64,000 nucleotides of DNA from OCS116 cluster bacterium AG-390-I16 (GCA_003279705.1 QCGZ01000002.1:3620-67619), one strand, 5' to 3'. Shown: positions 20,899 through 33,027, counted from the first letter of the stretch. Program-made: numbers and translations. The notes: a model not told the origin generated them from the letters alone.

Positions 20899-22176
20899 AT
20901 GCACGATATTAATAAAATAAGAAATGATGCTGATTTTTTTATCAAAGGATGGAAGAGAAGGGGATTAGATGTAAGTCTAGATACAATACTTGCACTTGAT
21001 AAAGATTTAAGAAAATCAATTACAGATCTTCAAGAGCTTCAAACTCAAAGAAATGATTTATCAAAGAAATTTGGTATTGCTAAAAAAAATAACGATAAAG
21101 TTGTCTATGAGAAACTTTCAGCTGATGTTCAATTAATAAAAGAAAAAATGCAATCTTTAGAGGAAAGCAAAGAAGAATTTTCCAAGTCTCTCAGTAAAGA
21201 ATTATCTTCCTTACCTAATATCCCTTTAGATGAAGTACCTGATGGTAAAGATGAGAGCTCAAATAAAATTATAAATGAGTATGGTGTAAAGAAGGATACT
21301 TCCCCAAATCATTATGAAATTGGCGAAGAGCTTGGAATGTTAGATTTTGATAAAGCTACAAAATTATCGGGCTCAAGATTTTCAATTCTAAAAAAAGACT
21401 TAGCTCAAATGGAGAGAGCTATTGCTAATTTTATGATAGATCATCATGTGTTAGAAAATAGTTATGAAGAAATCAGTGTACCTTATTTAGTTAAGGATGA
21501 CGTTATGTATGGCACAGGTCAGTTACCAAAATTTGCAGATGATCAGTTTAAAACAGAGGATGGTTTTTGGTTGATACCGACTGCTGAAGTTCCTTTAACA
21601 AACCTTGTTAAAGATGAAAATCTTAAAGACAATAATTTACCTTTACGTTTTGTTTCATATACACAATGTTTTAGAAAAGAGGCCGGTGCTGCTGGTAAAG
21701 ATACAAGAGGGTTAATAAGACTCCATCAATTTCCAAAAGTTGAATTAGTTAGTATTGTTAAACCAGAAAATTCTTTAGATGAATTAGAAAGACTTCTTTC
21801 TTGTGCCGAGGGGATTCTAAAAGAACTAGAATTACCATATAGAACAGTTGTTTTATCAACCGGTGATATGGGTTTTTCTGCGGTAAAGACTTATGATCTT
21901 GAAGTTTGGTTACCTGGTCAAAAACTTTTTAGAGAGATTTCATCATGTTCATTATGTGGAGATTTTCAATCAATAAGGATGAATACTAGGTATAAAGATC
22001 AAAAAACTGGAAAAAAAGTCTTTCCACACACTCTAAATGGCTCTGGATTGGCCGTTGGAAGAACTCTAGTTGCAATTTTGGAAAATTATTATGAAGGGTC
22101 TGGAGTAGTTAATATTCCAAAAGTTTTACAACCTTATATGAATGGTTCTAAGAAAATTGAATTAGAAAATACTTGA
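20899..22176 (+). CDS. serS: serine--tRNA ligase
   Basis: 425 aa with an N-terminal coiled-coil arm and class-II motifs (FRKEAGAAGKDTRGLIRLHQF, GSGLAVGRT). Confidence 0.96.
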   Translation: MHDINKIRNDADFFIKGWKRRGLDVSLDTILALDKDLRKSITDLQELQTQRNDLSKKFGIAKKNNDKVVYEKLSADVQLIKEKMQSLEESKEEFSKSLSKELSSLPNIPLDEVPDGKDESSNKIINEYGVKKDTSPNHYEIGEELGMLDFDKATKLSGSRFSILKKDLAQMERAIANFMIDHHVLENSYEEISVPYLVKDDVMYGTGQLPKFADDQFKTEDGFWLIPTAEVPLTNLVKDENLKDNNLPLRFVSYTQCFRKEAGAAGKDTRGLIRLHQFPKVELVSIVKPENSLDELERLLSCAEGILKELELPYRTVVLSTGDMGFSAVKTYDLEVWLPGQKLFREISSCSLCGDFQSIRMNTRYKDQKTGKKVFPHTLNGSGLAVGRTLVAILENYYEGSGVVNIPKVLQPYMNGSKKIELENT

Positions 22177-22252
22177 TATCAAAATATTAATTAAGTTTGA
22201 TATTTCGATAAAATTTACATATTAATTTATAACTCAACAACAAGGATAAGTT

Positions 22253-22513
22253 ATGCAAGAAGTTTTATTTCAAATAATGCCATTAATTTTAATCTTTTTC
22301 GTTTTTTATTTTCTAATAATTAGACCTCAGCAAAATAAAGTTAAAGAGCATGCTGCAATGGTTAATGCAGTAAAAAAAGGCGATGAAGTTGTAACTCAAG
22401 GTGGTTTAATAGGAAAAATTTTAAAAGTTTCTGATGACGAGGTTACAATTGATTTTGGTGATAATGTAAATATCAGAGCCGTTAAATCGACTCTAGCTCA
22501 TGTGAAGTCTTAA
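22253..22513 (+). CDS. yajC: preprotein translocase subunit YajC
   Basis: 86 aa with FYFL.IRPQQ and GD.V.T.GG..G motifs, located upstream of secD. Confidence 0.92.
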   Translation: MQEVLFQIMPLILIFFVFYFLIIRPQQNKVKEHAAMVNAVKKGDEVVTQGGLIGKILKVSDDEVTIDFGDNVNIRAVKSTLAHVKS

Positions 22514-22519
22514 TATGTT

Positions 22520-24100
22520 ATGATATATTTTTCTAATTCTAAGAAAATATTTTTACTGATAATATGTGTTATAGGTTTTTTTCTAGCTCTTCCTAACTTT
22601 TCCAAAGTTAATATTCCTTTATTCCCAAAACAAACTATTAATCTTGGTTTAGATTTAAGAGGAGGGTCATATCTTCTTTTAGAGGTAGATACAGATTCAA
22701 TTAAAAACGATAGATCGCAATCACTTTTAGAGGATATTAGATCGACCTTTCGGCAAAATAAAATTAAATATTCTGGTTTAAAAACTAATAAAAATGGAGT
22801 TCAGGTAACAATAAGAGATGTTCTTAAAGTAAATGAGGCAAAAAAATTAGTTCAAGAATTTAATATTTCATCATCAAATTTATTTACAAATACTAATAAT
22901 GAAGAGTTTTCAATTAATATTAATGATAATTTTTTCTTATTAGATTTGAATGAGAATTCATTAAAAGAGAAATATAGGTCTGCTGTATCTCAATCAATAG
23001 AAATTATCAGAAGAAGGATTGATGGCCTTGGCGTTACAGAGCCATCTATTCAAAGACAGGGTAATAATAGAATCTTATTAGAGGTTCCTGGAATGGATGA
23101 CCCTCAAAGATTAAAGGATTTACTTGGTCAAACCGCTAAATTAAATTTCAGAATGGTTGATACGTCTATTAGCGTTAGTGAGGCAAGACAAACTAGAATT
23201 CCTAGTAGATCAGAAATTATAAGAGATACAGATGGATTTGAATATCTTGTTATGAAGAAGGTATTAGTATCGGGTGAAAGACTTGTAGATGCGCAAGCAA
23301 GTTTTGATCAGGCAACTAATGCTCCAATTGTTAACTTTAGATTTGATACACTTGGGGGAAAGTATTTTGCAAAAGCAACATCTGAGAATGTTGGAAAACC
23401 TTTTGCAATAATTTTAGACAATGAAGTAATTTCTGCACCAGTTATTCGTACACCTATATTAGGCGGGTCTGGACAAATTGAAGGCGGTTTTACAGTTGAG
23501 GAAGCAAATAATTTATCAATTTTATTAAGGGCAGGTGCACTACCTGCTCCTCTAGAGATATTGGAAGAAAAAACAATTGGACCTGGTCTTGGAAAGGACT
23601 CAATTGACTCTGGAACTTCGGCAGCAATTATAGGTTTAGTTTGTGTATTAATATTCATTATTCTTAGTTATGGAAGATTTGGTTTTTATGCAAACTTTGC
23701 ATTAATTTTAAATATTATCTTCATTGTTGGTATTCTATCATTACTCCAAGCAACACTAACACTTCCAGGTATTGCAGGTATCGTATTGACCATCGGCATG
23801 GCCGTAGATGCTAATGTTATTATATTTGAAAGAATTAGAGATGAAATTAATAATGAAAAAAATCCAATATCAGCAATAGAATCTGGATATTCGAAGTCTT
23901 TTGGAACTATTCTTGATGCGAATGTAACAACCTTAATAGCATCTCTTGTTTTATTCTTTCTTGGGACAGGACCTGTCAAAGGATTTGCAGTGACATTATC
24001 TATAGGGATTATAACATCTGTTTTTACTGCGTTTATCATAACCAGATTATTAATTTCAATTTGGATTTTGAAAAAAAGACCTGAAGAACTATCTTTGTGA
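22520..24100 (+). CDS. secD: protein translocase subunit SecD
   Basis: 526 aa with LGLDLRGG and a large periplasmic domain followed by six C-terminal TM helices. Confidence 0.95.
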   Translation: MIYFSNSKKIFLLIICVIGFFLALPNFSKVNIPLFPKQTINLGLDLRGGSYLLLEVDTDSIKNDRSQSLLEDIRSTFRQNKIKYSGLKTNKNGVQVTIRDVLKVNEAKKLVQEFNISSSNLFTNTNNEEFSININDNFFLLDLNENSLKEKYRSAVSQSIEIIRRRIDGLGVTEPSIQRQGNNRILLEVPGMDDPQRLKDLLGQTAKLNFRMVDTSISVSEARQTRIPSRSEIIRDTDGFEYLVMKKVLVSGERLVDAQASFDQATNAPIVNFRFDTLGGKYFAKATSENVGKPFAIILDNEVISAPVIRTPILGGSGQIEGGFTVEEANNLSILLRAGALPAPLEILEEKTIGPGLGKDSIDSGTSAAIIGLVCVLIFIILSYGRFGFYANFALILNIIFIVGILSLLQATLTLPGIAGIVLTIGMAVDANVIIFERIRDEINNEKNPISAIESGYSKSFGTILDANVTTLIASLVLFFLGTGPVKGFAVTLSIGIITSVFTAFIITRLLISIWILKKRPEELSL

Positions 24101-24108
24101 GAATTTAA

Positions 24109-25018
24109 ATGAAAACCTTAAAAATAATAAATCAAAATACGAATATTCAGTTTCTTAAATACAAAAAAATAACATTATCTATTTCCATTATTTTTTGTCT
24201 TATATCGTTTTTTTCTCTTTTCATTAATGGACTAAATTTTGGTATAGATTTTAAGGGTGGAAGTCTTATTGAGGTTAAGTCTGATGAAAGCATAAATATT
24301 AGTGATGTTAGGTCTAAATTATCATTATTAAATCTTGGTGATGTGCAAATTCAAAATTTTGGATCTGAAAAAAAATATCTTAGTTAGAGTTGAGTCATCA
24401 TCATCAGAAAATAATTCTTCAGTTTTATCAATGATTACAAATGAATTAGAAACTTTTGGAGAAATTCAAAGAACAGAGGTAGTAGGTCCAAAGATAAGCT
24501 CTGAACTAATTCAAAAAGGAATTCTAGCAATTATTTCAGCTGTTGGCTTAATGCTTTTTTACATTTGGATTAGGTTTGAATGGCAATTTTCTCTGGGCGC
24601 TGTGTTAGCTCTAGTTCATGATGTTATTATAACAATTGGAATTTTTTCATTTTTTCAAATTGAGTTTAATTTATCAATAATTGCCGCTCTATTAACTATA
24701 ATTGGATACTCTATGAATGATACCGTTGTTGTTTATGATAGAATTAGAGAGAATTTAAGAAAATATAAAAAACAAGATTTATATGATCTTATAAATTCAT
24801 CAATTAATCAGACACTATCCAGGACAGTGCTAACATCCTTTACTACACTTTTAGCCTTATTCTCTCTTTATATTTTTGGCGGTCAGGTTATTAAAGGATT
24901 TACACTAGCTATGATTATAGGTGTTTTTATTGGGACATATTCATCTACATTTATAGCTTCTCAGCTTCTTCATATTCTTGGTGTTAAAAGGGATTGGTCA
25001 AAAAATAACGATAACTAG
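24109..25018 (+). pseudogene. secF: secF interrupted by a 1-nt frameshift in an A8 homopolymer (two ORFs, 24109-24387 and 24335-25018)
   Basis: ORF1 carries the SecF N-terminus (TM helix, GIDFKGG). ORF2 in the +1 frame continues with NILVRVESS... and the six-TM SecF core. The switch point is GAAAAAAAATAT at about 24368-24375. Confidence 0.85.
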
Positions 25019-25076
25019 CTTTCAAAATTGAATAATAGATATTATTATAGATTCATATTTAACAAGGGTGTCTAAT

Positions 25077-25691
25077 ATGAGTTCAATTTTATCTTCTTTA
25101 AAAAATACTGTAACAGCAGGTTTTATAGTTACAATTTTGTTATTAATAGTTTTCATGTCATGGGGGTCTGTATCTTCTGATAGCTTTTCTGATCAAGCTT
25201 TTTATTCTTTTCTATTTAGATGGCTACATGTTTTATCAGGGATAATGTGGATTGGCTTACTTTGGTATTTTAATTTTGTTCAAATTCCAAATATGCCAAA
25301 TATTCCTGACGATCAAAAACCTGCAGTTTCTAAAGTTATTGCTCCTGCAGCTCTTTGGTGGTTTCGTTGGGCTGCAATGTCAACAATCATAACAGGATTA
25401 ATTCTCGGCTATTTAAATGGTTATTTAGAAGCTGCAATGACCCTAGGCTTTAGAGGTGATGCAGCTCCTTCACATATAGCTATTGGGATAGGGATGTGGT
25501 TAGGAACAATTATGTGGTTTAATGTTTGGTTTGTTATATGGCCAAACCAGAAGAAAGCCTTAGGTATAGTTCCCGCAGAAGATGACGTAAAAGCTGCATC
25601 AGCTAGAACAGCAATGCTTTTTTCTAGGACTAATACATTACTAAGCATACCAATGCTTTTTTCAATGGTTGCTGCTCAGAATATTTTTTAA
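25077..25691 (+). CDS. polytopic membrane protein resembling the N-terminal membrane domain of urate hydroxylase PuuD (no cytochrome c domain)
   Basis: About 204 aa. The motif WLHVLSGIMWIGLLWYFNFVQ recalls that family from memory only. Assignment is tentative. Confidence 0.35.
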   Translation: MSSILSSLKNTVTAGFIVTILLLIVFMSWGSVSSDSFSDQAFYSFLFRWLHVLSGIMWIGLLWYFNFVQIPNMPNIPDDQKPAVSKVIAPAALWWFRWAAMSTIITGLILGYLNGYLEAAMTLGFRGDAAPSHIAIGIGMWLGTIMWFNVWFVIWPNQKKALGIVPAEDDVKAASARTAMLFSRTNTLLSIPMLFSMVAAQNIF

Positions 25692-25707
25692 ATTTAATAA
25701 ATAAATT

Positions 25708-25734
25708 AAAAAGGGGCTTTCAGCCCCTTTTTTT
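25708..25734. terminator. bidirectional rho-independent terminator between convergent genes
   Basis: AAAAA-GGGGC-TTTCA-GCCCC-TTTTTTT: a GC stem with an A-tract on one side and a T-tract on the other. The T-tract overlaps the uvrA stop codon. Confidence 0.8.
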
Positions 25735-28594
25735 ATATTATTTTCTTTAAATATTGACCTGTATAACTATTTTTTATCTTTAAAATACCTTCAAGCTCTC
25801 CTTCATAAACAAGCTCTCCGCCTTTATCGCCTCCATCAGGACCTATATCTAAAACCCAATCTGCGGTTTTAATTACATCAAGGTTGTGTTCGATAACTAC
25901 CACTGTATTTCCATTATCAACTAATTCATGAAGGACTTCCAAAAGTTTTTTTACATCATCAAAATGCAAACCAGTTGTTGGCTCATCAAGTACATAAAAG
26001 GTTCTTCCAGTAGCCTTTTTTGATAATTCCTTTGCTAATTTTATTCTTTGAGCTTCACCTCCAGATAATGTATTTGCCTGTTGTCCTACTTTTATATAAC
26101 CAAGACCGACCTTCTTAAGGGTCTCCATTTTATCTCTAATAAGCGGAACAGCCTTAAAAAGATCAGAACATTCTGTAACTGTCATATTTAAAACATCTGC
26201 AATTGATTTATCTTTATATTTTACCTCTAAAGTTTCTCTATTATATCTCTGTCCTTTGCATTGATCGCACTCAACATAAACATCAGGTAAGAAATGCATC
26301 TCAATTTTAATTACGCCATCACCTTGGCATGTTTCACACCTTCCTCCCTTCACATTAAAGGAAAATCTTCCGGGTTTATATCCTCTTGCTTTTGCCTCAG
26401 GTAATTGACAAAACCAATCTCTTATTGGTGTAAAGGCTCCTGTGTAGGTAGCAGGATTAGATCTAGGCGTCCTTCCTATTGGTGATTGGTTTATATCAAT
26501 GATCTTATCAATATAATGTATTCCATTAATTCCCTCATAATCCATTGGAGTTTTTTGAGAATTATTTAATTTTCTGTTTAAAGCCGCAAAAAGAGTATGA
26601 AGCAATAGAGTTGATTTACCTGAGCCTGATACACCTGTAACGCATGTTAGAGTGCTTAAAGGAAAATTAGCTGTAACATTTTTTAAATTATTCCCATTAG
26701 TATTTGTAATCGTTATACACCTATCTTTATTGATTTCTCGTTTTTGAGGTATATCAATTTTTAATTTTTTTGATAAATATTGTCCCGTAATACTTTTCTT
26801 ATTATTTGAAATTTCTCTAAATGTTCCTTCAGCAACGAGATATCCTCCATGAATACCAGCACCTGGACCAATATCAATAATATGATCAGCTGCATTCATT
26901 GTTTCCTCATCATGTTCAACAACTATTACAGTATTACCTAAGTCTTTTAGTCTCGATAAAGTTCCAAGTAATTTATCGTTGTCTCTCTGATGCAAGCCTA
27001 TAGAGGGCTCATCTAAAACATATAAAACACCCGTTAAACCTGATCCTATTTGAGAAGCCAGTCTTATTCTTTGGGACTCTCCTCCAGATAATGTTCCGGA
27101 TTCTCTTGATAAAGTAAGATAATTTAAACCAACATTTTTAAGGAAAAATAGTCTTTCAGTAATCTCCTTAATAATATTTCTTGAAATTTCAGTATCTTTT
27201 TTTGATAATTTTTTTTGCAAACTATTAAACCATAGGATTGCCTCATCTATTGTAAGCTTTGATATATCACCAATATTGGATCTATTAATTTTTATACACA
27301 ATGCCTCTTCTTTCAGCCTATAGCCATTACACTTAGAGCAGTTAGATTTTGACTGATATTTTTCAATTTCTTCTCTCATCCAATTACTATCAGTCTCTAA
27401 ATATCTTCTTTTTAAATTATTAATAATACCTTCAAAAGATTTTGTTGTTTTGAACGTTCTTGATCCATCATCATAATTAAATGTAATTTTTTCATTTTCA
27501 GAACCATCTAAAATTATTTTTTGAAATTTGGCTGGAAGGTTTGACCATTTACAGTCAATTGAAAAATTAAAATGCTCAGATAATGCCATTAATGTTTGAA
27601 GGTAATAGGGTGATGGAGATGATGTTCTTGACCATGGGGCAATTGCTCCATCTCTTATACTAATATCTTTATTTGGAATTACTAAGTCTCTATCAATAAA
27701 ATATTCTGTTCCTAGACCGTCACAATGCTGACAAGCCCCAACAGGATTATTGAATGAAAATAATCTTGGTTCAATTTCTTCAATTGTAAAACCAGTTTCT
27801 GGGCACGAATAATTTGCTGAGTATATTATTCTTTTTCCATTTTCTTCACCACTTGCTAATTCAATTGCAGCAAGACCATCTGATAACTGAAGTGCTGTTT
27901 CAAAACTATCTGCTAACCTATTTCCAAGAGATTTATCAATAACAATTCTATCAACAACAACATCAATATCATGTTTAATATTTTTCTCTAAGTTAGGAAT
28001 ATTATCTAATTCGTAAAATTCACCATCAATTTTTACTCTTTGGAAACCTTTTTTAAGAAGATTCGAAAATTCTTTTCTATACTCACCTTTTCTTCTTCGG
28101 ACAATTGGAGATAAAAGATAAGCTTTTGTTCCCTCTTTTATCTTGTAAACCTGATCTACCATTTGAGTAACAGTTTGACTTTTAATTGGTAAGCCTGTTG
28201 CAGGTGAATGAGGAACGCCTATTCTAGCAAACATTAGCCTTAAATAATCATATACCTCAGTGACTGTTCCAACAGTTGATCTTGGATTTTTTGAGGTTGT
28301 TTTTTGCTCAATTGCTATAGCTGGTGATAAACCGTCAATTTGGTCTAGGTCAGGTTTTTGCATCATTTCTAAAAACTGTCTTGCATAAGCAGATAGACTT
28401 TCTACATATCTTCTTTGTCCCTCAGCATAAATGGTATCAAAGGCAAGAGATGATTTTCCTGAACCAGAAAGACCTGTTATTACAGTAATGCTATCTTTTG
28501 GAATACTTACATTAATATTTTTTAAATTATGCTCTCTTGCGCCTACAATATTAATAAATTTTTTATTCGCTATTTTATCTTTTTTAGATGACAT
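25733..28594 (-). CDS. uvrA: excinuclease ABC subunit A
   Basis: 953 aa with two ABC ATPase modules ([25 protein letters not shown]), zinc-finger CxxC pairs and the N-terminal GAREHNLKN motif. Confidence 0.98.
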   Translation of the reverse strand: MSSKKDKIANKKFINIVGAREHNLKNINVSIPKDSITVITGLSGSGKSSLAFDTIYAEGQRRYVESLSAYARQFLEMMQKPDLDQIDGLSPAIAIEQKTTSKNPRSTVGTVTEVYDYLRLMFARIGVPHSPATGLPIKSQTVTQMVDQVYKIKEGTKAYLLSPIVRRRKGEYRKEFSNLLKKGFQRVKIDGEFYELDNIPNLEKNIKHDIDVVVDRIVIDKSLGNRLADSFETALQLSDGLAAIELASGEENGKRIIYSANYSCPETGFTIEEIEPRLFSFNNPVGACQHCDGLGTEYFIDRDLVIPNKDISIRDGAIAPWSRTSSPSPYYLQTLMALSEHFNFSIDCKWSNLPAKFQKIILDGSENEKITFNYDDGSRTFKTTKSFEGIINNLKRRYLETDSNWMREEIEKYQSKSNCSKCNGYRLKEEALCIKINRSNIGDISKLTIDEAILWFNSLQKKLSKKDTEISRNIIKEITERLFFLKNVGLNYLTLSRESGTLSGGESQRIRLASQIGSGLTGVLYVLDEPSIGLHQRDNDKLLGTLSRLKDLGNTVIVVEHDEETMNAADHIIDIGPGAGIHGGYLVAEGTFREISNNKKSITGQYLSKKLKIDIPQKREINKDRCITITNTNGNNLKNVTANFPLSTLTCVTGVSGSGKSTLLLHTLFAALNRKLNNSQKTPMDYEGINGIHYIDKIIDINQSPIGRTPRSNPATYTGAFTPIRDWFCQLPEAKARGYKPGRFSFNVKGGRCETCQGDGVIKIEMHFLPDVYVECDQCKGQRYNRETLEVKYKDKSIADVLNMTVTECSDLFKAVPLIRDKMETLKKVGLGYIKVGQQANTLSGGEAQRIKLAKELSKKATGRTFYVLDEPTTGLHFDDVKKLLEVLHELVDNGNTVVVIEHNLDVIKTADWVLDIGPDGGDKGGELVYEGELEGILKIKNSYTGQYLKKII

Positions 28595-28703
28595 TATTAA
28601 TCCTAGATTTTTATGTATTAAATATAATTACAAAAGGTTATATCATAGTGCTTTCACGTAGGAAGAGTTTTTGTTATATATATTATAATTATTGGAGTTT
28701 TTT

Positions 28704-29147
28704 ATGGCAGGTAGTTTAAATAAAGTAATGCTTATAGGTAATTTAGGAAATGATCCAGAGGTCAGGAGCACTCAAGACGGAAGGTCATTATGTACTTTCT
28801 CAATAGCCACAACTGAAAGTTGGAAAGATAAAAATTCTGGTGAAAAAAGAGATAAAACTGAATGGCATAGAATAGTTATATTCAATGAGGGTCTTGTCAG
28901 AATTGCAGATCAATATTTAAAAAAAGGTTCAAAAGTATTTTTAGAAGGACAATTACAGACAAGAAAGTGGGAAGACAAAGATGGTATTGAGAAATATACT
29001 ACGGAAGTAGTTCTTCAAAATTTTAATGGAAATTTAACTATGCTTGGTGGAAGAAATGATAATTCATCAGGCGATTTCGCTAATGATTCAATTTCAAGTG
29101 AATCTGCATCCATAAGTTCTGATATGGATGATGATATACCCTTCTAA
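28704..29147 (+). CDS. ssb: single-stranded DNA-binding protein
   Basis: OB fold starting NKVMLIGNLG.DPE and an acidic tail ending DDDIPF. GGAG precedes the ATG at 28704; the ORF-track TTG at 28692 lies within the SD. Confidence 0.95.
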   Translation: MAGSLNKVMLIGNLGNDPEVRSTQDGRSLCTFSIATTESWKDKNSGEKRDKTEWHRIVIFNEGLVRIADQYLKKGSKVFLEGQLQTRKWEDKDGIEKYTTEVVLQNFNGNLTMLGGRNDNSSGDFANDSISSESASISSDMDDDIPF

Positions 29148-29282
29148 CTTATTGATTTAGAAGTATAATTATTAATTCCTATTATTCTTAATTTATTGAA
29201 GTGAATGAACAAAAATGTTAGTATATCAGTACATTTTTTTTATGATTTGATTCGTTTTAAATCATTCCTTTAAAGGGTATTT

Positions 29283-31967
29283 ATGTCTGACATATTAGAT
29301 GAAAATTCTGAAATTTCTAATATCAATTTAGATACAGAAATGCGTCAATCTTATCTTGATTACGCAATGAGTGTAATTGTTTCCAGAGCATTGCCTGATG
29401 CGCGTGATGGATTAAAACCAGTTCATAGAAGAATACTTTATTCTATGTATGAAAATAATTATGAATGGAATAAACCTTACAGAAAATCTGCTCGAGTTGT
29501 TGGTGATGTTATAGGTAAATACCATCCTCATGGAGACCAAAGTATTTATGATGCTCTTGTAAGAATGGCTCAACCTTTTTCAATGCATTTACCTTTAATA
29601 GAAGGTCAAGGTAACTTTGGTTCCGTAGATGGAGATCCTCCTGCAGCAATGCGTTACACTGAGGTGAGAATGGAAAAAATAAGCCAACATCTACTTAATG
29701 ATCTAGATAAAGAGACAGTAGACTTTCAGGAGAACTATGATAATTCAGAGTCCGAGCCGATTGTTATACCAGCTGAATTTCCAAATCTTCTTGTAAATGG
29801 CGCTGGTGGAATCGCTGTTGGTATGGCTACAAATATTCCTCCCCATAATTTAGGTGAAATTACTGATGCATGTTTATTATTATTAGATAAGCCAGAAGCT
29901 TTAATAGATGAATTAATTGAAATTGTTCCTGGCCCAGACTTTCCAACAGGTGGAATTATATTAGGTCAATCTGGTGCTAGAAGCGCATACTCTACTGGCA
30001 AAGGTTCAATTATTATAAGAGGTAAAGTTTCAATTGAAGATCTTCCTAAGGATAAAAAAGCTATAATCATTTCAGAAATACCTTATCAACTTAATAAAGT
30101 ATCCTTAATTGAAAAAATTGCAGAGCTTGTTCGAGAAAAAACTATTGAAGGAATAACAGATCTTCGGGATGAGAGCGATAGAAATGGAATGAGGATCTAT
30201 GTTGAGCTAAGAAAAGACGCCGTTCCTGATGTTATTTTAAATCAATTGTACAGGTATACTCAATTACAGACATCTTTTGGGGCTAATACTGTTGCACTAG
30301 ATAGAGGTAATCCTAAAACACTGAATTTGAAGGAACTTTTAGAGTGTTTTTTAGATTTTAGAGAAGAAGTTGTAACAAGAAGAATTAAATTTTTATTGAA
30401 TAAAGCAAGGGATAGAGCTCATATTCTAGTAGGTTTAGCAATAGCTGTTTCAAATATTGATGAAATTATTAAACTTATAAGATCATCAAAAAGTCCATCT
30501 GATGCTAAAGAAAAATTGATGCAAAAAGAGTGGCCTGCAAAAGAAGTTAAATCATTAATAGAGCTTATTGATGATCCGCGACATAATCTAACAAAAAAAG
30601 GTCTCTGTAAGTTTTCAGATGAGCAGGCAAGAGCAATTTTAGAACTCAGATTACAAAGACTAACAGCCATTGGTAAAGATGACATTGAGAATGAAATGGA
30701 TGATTTAAAAAAGAATATTGGAGATTATCTATCGACGCTTAAAAGTAAAGAAAAAGTTATCGATATAATTAAAAAAGAATTAAATGAAATAAAAGATAAT
30801 TTTTCAATTCCTAGAAGAACTGAAATTGTTGACTATATTGATGATGTTCAAGACGAAGATTTAATCAAAAAAGAAGAAATGGCAGTAACTGTTAGTCATT
30901 CTGGATATATAAAAAGAGTACCTTTATCAACGTATAGATCACAAAACAGAGGTGGTAAAGGCAGATCAGGTATGCAGACAAAGGATGAAGATTTTGTTAC
31001 AAATATATTTGTAGCAAATACTCATCAGCCCATTTTATTTTTCTCATCAACCGGAATGGTTTATAAATTAAAAACTTACCTTCTTCCAATTTCCAGCCCT
31101 CAAGCAAAAGGTAAAGCTTTAATAAATCTTTTACCTTTATCTGAAGGAGAGGTTATTACAACTATTATGCCACTATCCGAAAATGAAGATGATTGGAAAG
31201 ATTTGTATGTAATGTTTGCAACTTCAACAGGTGGTATTAGAAGAAATAATTTATCTGATTTTTTGAGAATTAATAAAAATGGTAAAATAGCTATGAAACC
31301 AGCTGATGGTGAGTCTATAATTTCTGTTCAAACCTGTTCTGATGATAATGATATTCTTCTTGCTACAAAAAAAGGTCAATGTATTAGATTTTCTGTCGAT
31401 AAAGTTAGGGTTTTTGCTTCACGTTCATCTACTGGTGTTAGGGGTATAAAACTCGATAAGAATGATAGTGTTATGGCAATGTCCATACTTAACCATGTTC
31501 AAGGTGAAACAGATGAGTTTAGGGCTTATTTAAAAGCATCATCAATTATGAGAAGGGCGAAAGACGATACAGAAGAAGCTATTTCTGATGATGATGTTAG
31601 CGTGGAACTATCTACAGAGAGATATGCAGAATTAGCTGCAAAAGAAGAGGTTATTTTAACTGTTGCATCAAATGGTCAGGGAAAAAGAACATCATCCTAT
31701 GAATACAGACTGACTAATAGAGGAGGAAAGGGTGTTATTAGCATGATGTTATCTAAATCTAACTCTGATATGGTTTCATCTTTCCCAATTGACGAAAATG
31801 ATGAGATCATGCTTATAGATGATAATGGACAGCTTATTAGATGTCCTGTTTCAGGGATTAGAATAATGGGACGAAATACTCAAGGTGTTAAAATTTTTAA
31901 TATAGATAAAAATTCTTCTGTTGTTAGTGTTGAAAGAGTTGTAGAACATGAGGATGAGGAGGAGTAA
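29283..31967 (+). CDS. gyrA: DNA gyrase subunit A
   Basis: 894 aa with [16 protein letters not shown] (catalytic Tyr), a QRDR-like GKYHPHGD and a C-terminal beta-pinwheel. Confidence 0.98.
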   Translation: MSDILDENSEISNINLDTEMRQSYLDYAMSVIVSRALPDARDGLKPVHRRILYSMYENNYEWNKPYRKSARVVGDVIGKYHPHGDQSIYDALVRMAQPFSMHLPLIEGQGNFGSVDGDPPAAMRYTEVRMEKISQHLLNDLDKETVDFQENYDNSESEPIVIPAEFPNLLVNGAGGIAVGMATNIPPHNLGEITDACLLLLDKPEALIDELIEIVPGPDFPTGGIILGQSGARSAYSTGKGSIIIRGKVSIEDLPKDKKAIIISEIPYQLNKVSLIEKIAELVREKTIEGITDLRDESDRNGMRIYVELRKDAVPDVILNQLYRYTQLQTSFGANTVALDRGNPKTLNLKELLECFLDFREEVVTRRIKFLLNKARDRAHILVGLAIAVSNIDEIIKLIRSSKSPSDAKEKLMQKEWPAKEVKSLIELIDDPRHNLTKKGLCKFSDEQARAILELRLQRLTAIGKDDIENEMDDLKKNIGDYLSTLKSKEKVIDIIKKELNEIKDNFSIPRRTEIVDYIDDVQDEDLIKKEEMAVTVSHSGYIKRVPLSTYRSQNRGGKGRSGMQTKDEDFVTNIFVANTHQPILFFSSTGMVYKLKTYLLPISSPQAKGKALINLLPLSEGEVITTIMPLSENEDDWKDLYVMFATSTGGIRRNNLSDFLRINKNGKIAMKPADGESIISVQTCSDDNDILLATKKGQCIRFSVDKVRVFASRSSTGVRGIKLDKNDSVMAMSILNHVQGETDEFRAYLKASSIMRRAKDDTEEAISDDDVSVELSTERYAELAAKEEVILTVASNGQGKRTSSYEYRLTNRGGKGVISMMLSKSNSDMVSSFPIDENDEIMLIDDNGQLIRCPVSGIRIMGRNTQGVKIFNIDKNSSVVSVERVVEHEDEEE

Positions 31968-31969
31968 TT

Positions 31970-32458
31970 ATGACACTAGCTGTTTATCCTGGATCTTTTG
32001 ATCCTTTTACATTGGGTCACAGAGATATTTTGTTAAGAAGTTTAAAAATTTTTGATGAAATTATTATCGCTGTCGGTGTAAATCAAAATAAAAAAACCCT
32101 TTTTACACCTCAAGAACGTGTCAAAATGATAGAAAATGAGGTAAACGACATTGATCTAGCAAAAAAAAATAAAGTAAAAGTAGAATGTTTTGAGGGTTTA
32201 ATTGTTGATTTAGCAAGAAAATATGATGCAATTTCTCTTATAAAAGGTGTTAGAGGACCTGTTGATTATGATTACGAGGCTCAAATGGCCGGAATGAATA
32301 CTGTAATGTGTCCTGATTTAGAAACAATTTTTCTGATGTCAAAACCAGAATTTAGCTTTATTCATTCATCACTTGTAAAACAAATTTCGTTAATGGGCGG
32401 TGATGTTACTGGCTTTGTTAGTGAAAGTATAAAAAATAATTTAAAATCAAAATCTTAG
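31970..32458 (+). CDS. coaD: phosphopantetheine adenylyltransferase
   Basis: 162 aa with the YPGSFDP.T.GH N-terminal motif. Confidence 0.93.
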   Translation: MTLAVYPGSFDPFTLGHRDILLRSLKIFDEIIIAVGVNQNKKTLFTPQERVKMIENEVNDIDLAKKNKVKVECFEGLIVDLARKYDAISLIKGVRGPVDYDYEAQMAGMNTVMCPDLETIFLMSKPEFSFIHSSLVKQISLMGGDVTGFVSESIKNNLKSKS

Positions 32459-32460
32459 AA

Positions 32461-33027
32461 ATGAAAATTAATAAAATAATATACATATTTATTTTTTTAT
32501 TTTGTACAAATGGAGAAATCATGGCTAAAAATAATCAAAATTTAATTACTATGGTAATTACTCAAAATGAAAAAGTAACAGATCCAGGTGAAGAATCTCC
32601 TACAGCTAATGTTGTTATTGAGTTATTTCCAGACATTGCTCCAAATCATGTAAAACAAATTAAAACGTTAATTAGTGAAGAATTTTATGATGGTATAATA
32701 TTTCATAGAGTTATAGAGGGATTTATGGCTCAAACCGGAGATCCTACTGGTACAGGTATGGGTGGTTCAGATTTACCTGATATAAGGGCAGAATTTACTA
32801 TAACACCATTTGAAAGGGGAACATTAGGTATGGCTAGATCTCAACACCCAGATAGTGCCAATTCTCAATTTTTTATATGTTTCCAGGAAGCCTCTTTTTT
32901 AAATAATCAATATACTGTATTTGGAAAAGTTAAAGATGGTATGGAGTTTATTGATAAAATTGTTCGAGGAGAACCACCGGAATTTCCTGATAAAATTGTA
33001 TCTATAAGGCTTTCAGATAGTAATTAA
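32461..33027 (+). CDS. cyclophilin-type peptidyl-prolyl cis-trans isomerase with signal peptide
   Basis: FHRVIEGFMAQTGDPTGTGMGGS and SQFFICF motifs, with a hydrophobic N-terminus. Confidence 0.9.
   Translation: MKINKIIYIFIFLFCTNGEIMAKNNQNLITMVITQNEKVTDPGEESPTANVVIELFPDIAPNHVKQIKTLISEEFYDGIIFHRVIEGFMAQTGDPTGTGMGGSDLPDIRAEFTITPFERGTLGMARSQHPDSANSQFFICFQEASFLNNQYTVFGKVKDGMEFIDKIVRGEPPEFPDKIVSIRLSDSN

Noticed and set aside
22176-22203. Hairpin ATATCAAA-N12-TTTGATAT right after the serS stop as a terminator
   Set aside because: It is an all-A/T 8-bp stem with a 12-nt loop and a weak U-tract, too marginal to call a terminator with confidence.
28595-28703. SOS (LexA) box in the divergent uvrA-ssb promoter region
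   Set aside because: I looked for the alphaproteobacterial GTTC-N7-GTTC / GAAC-N7-GAAC pattern and did not find it.
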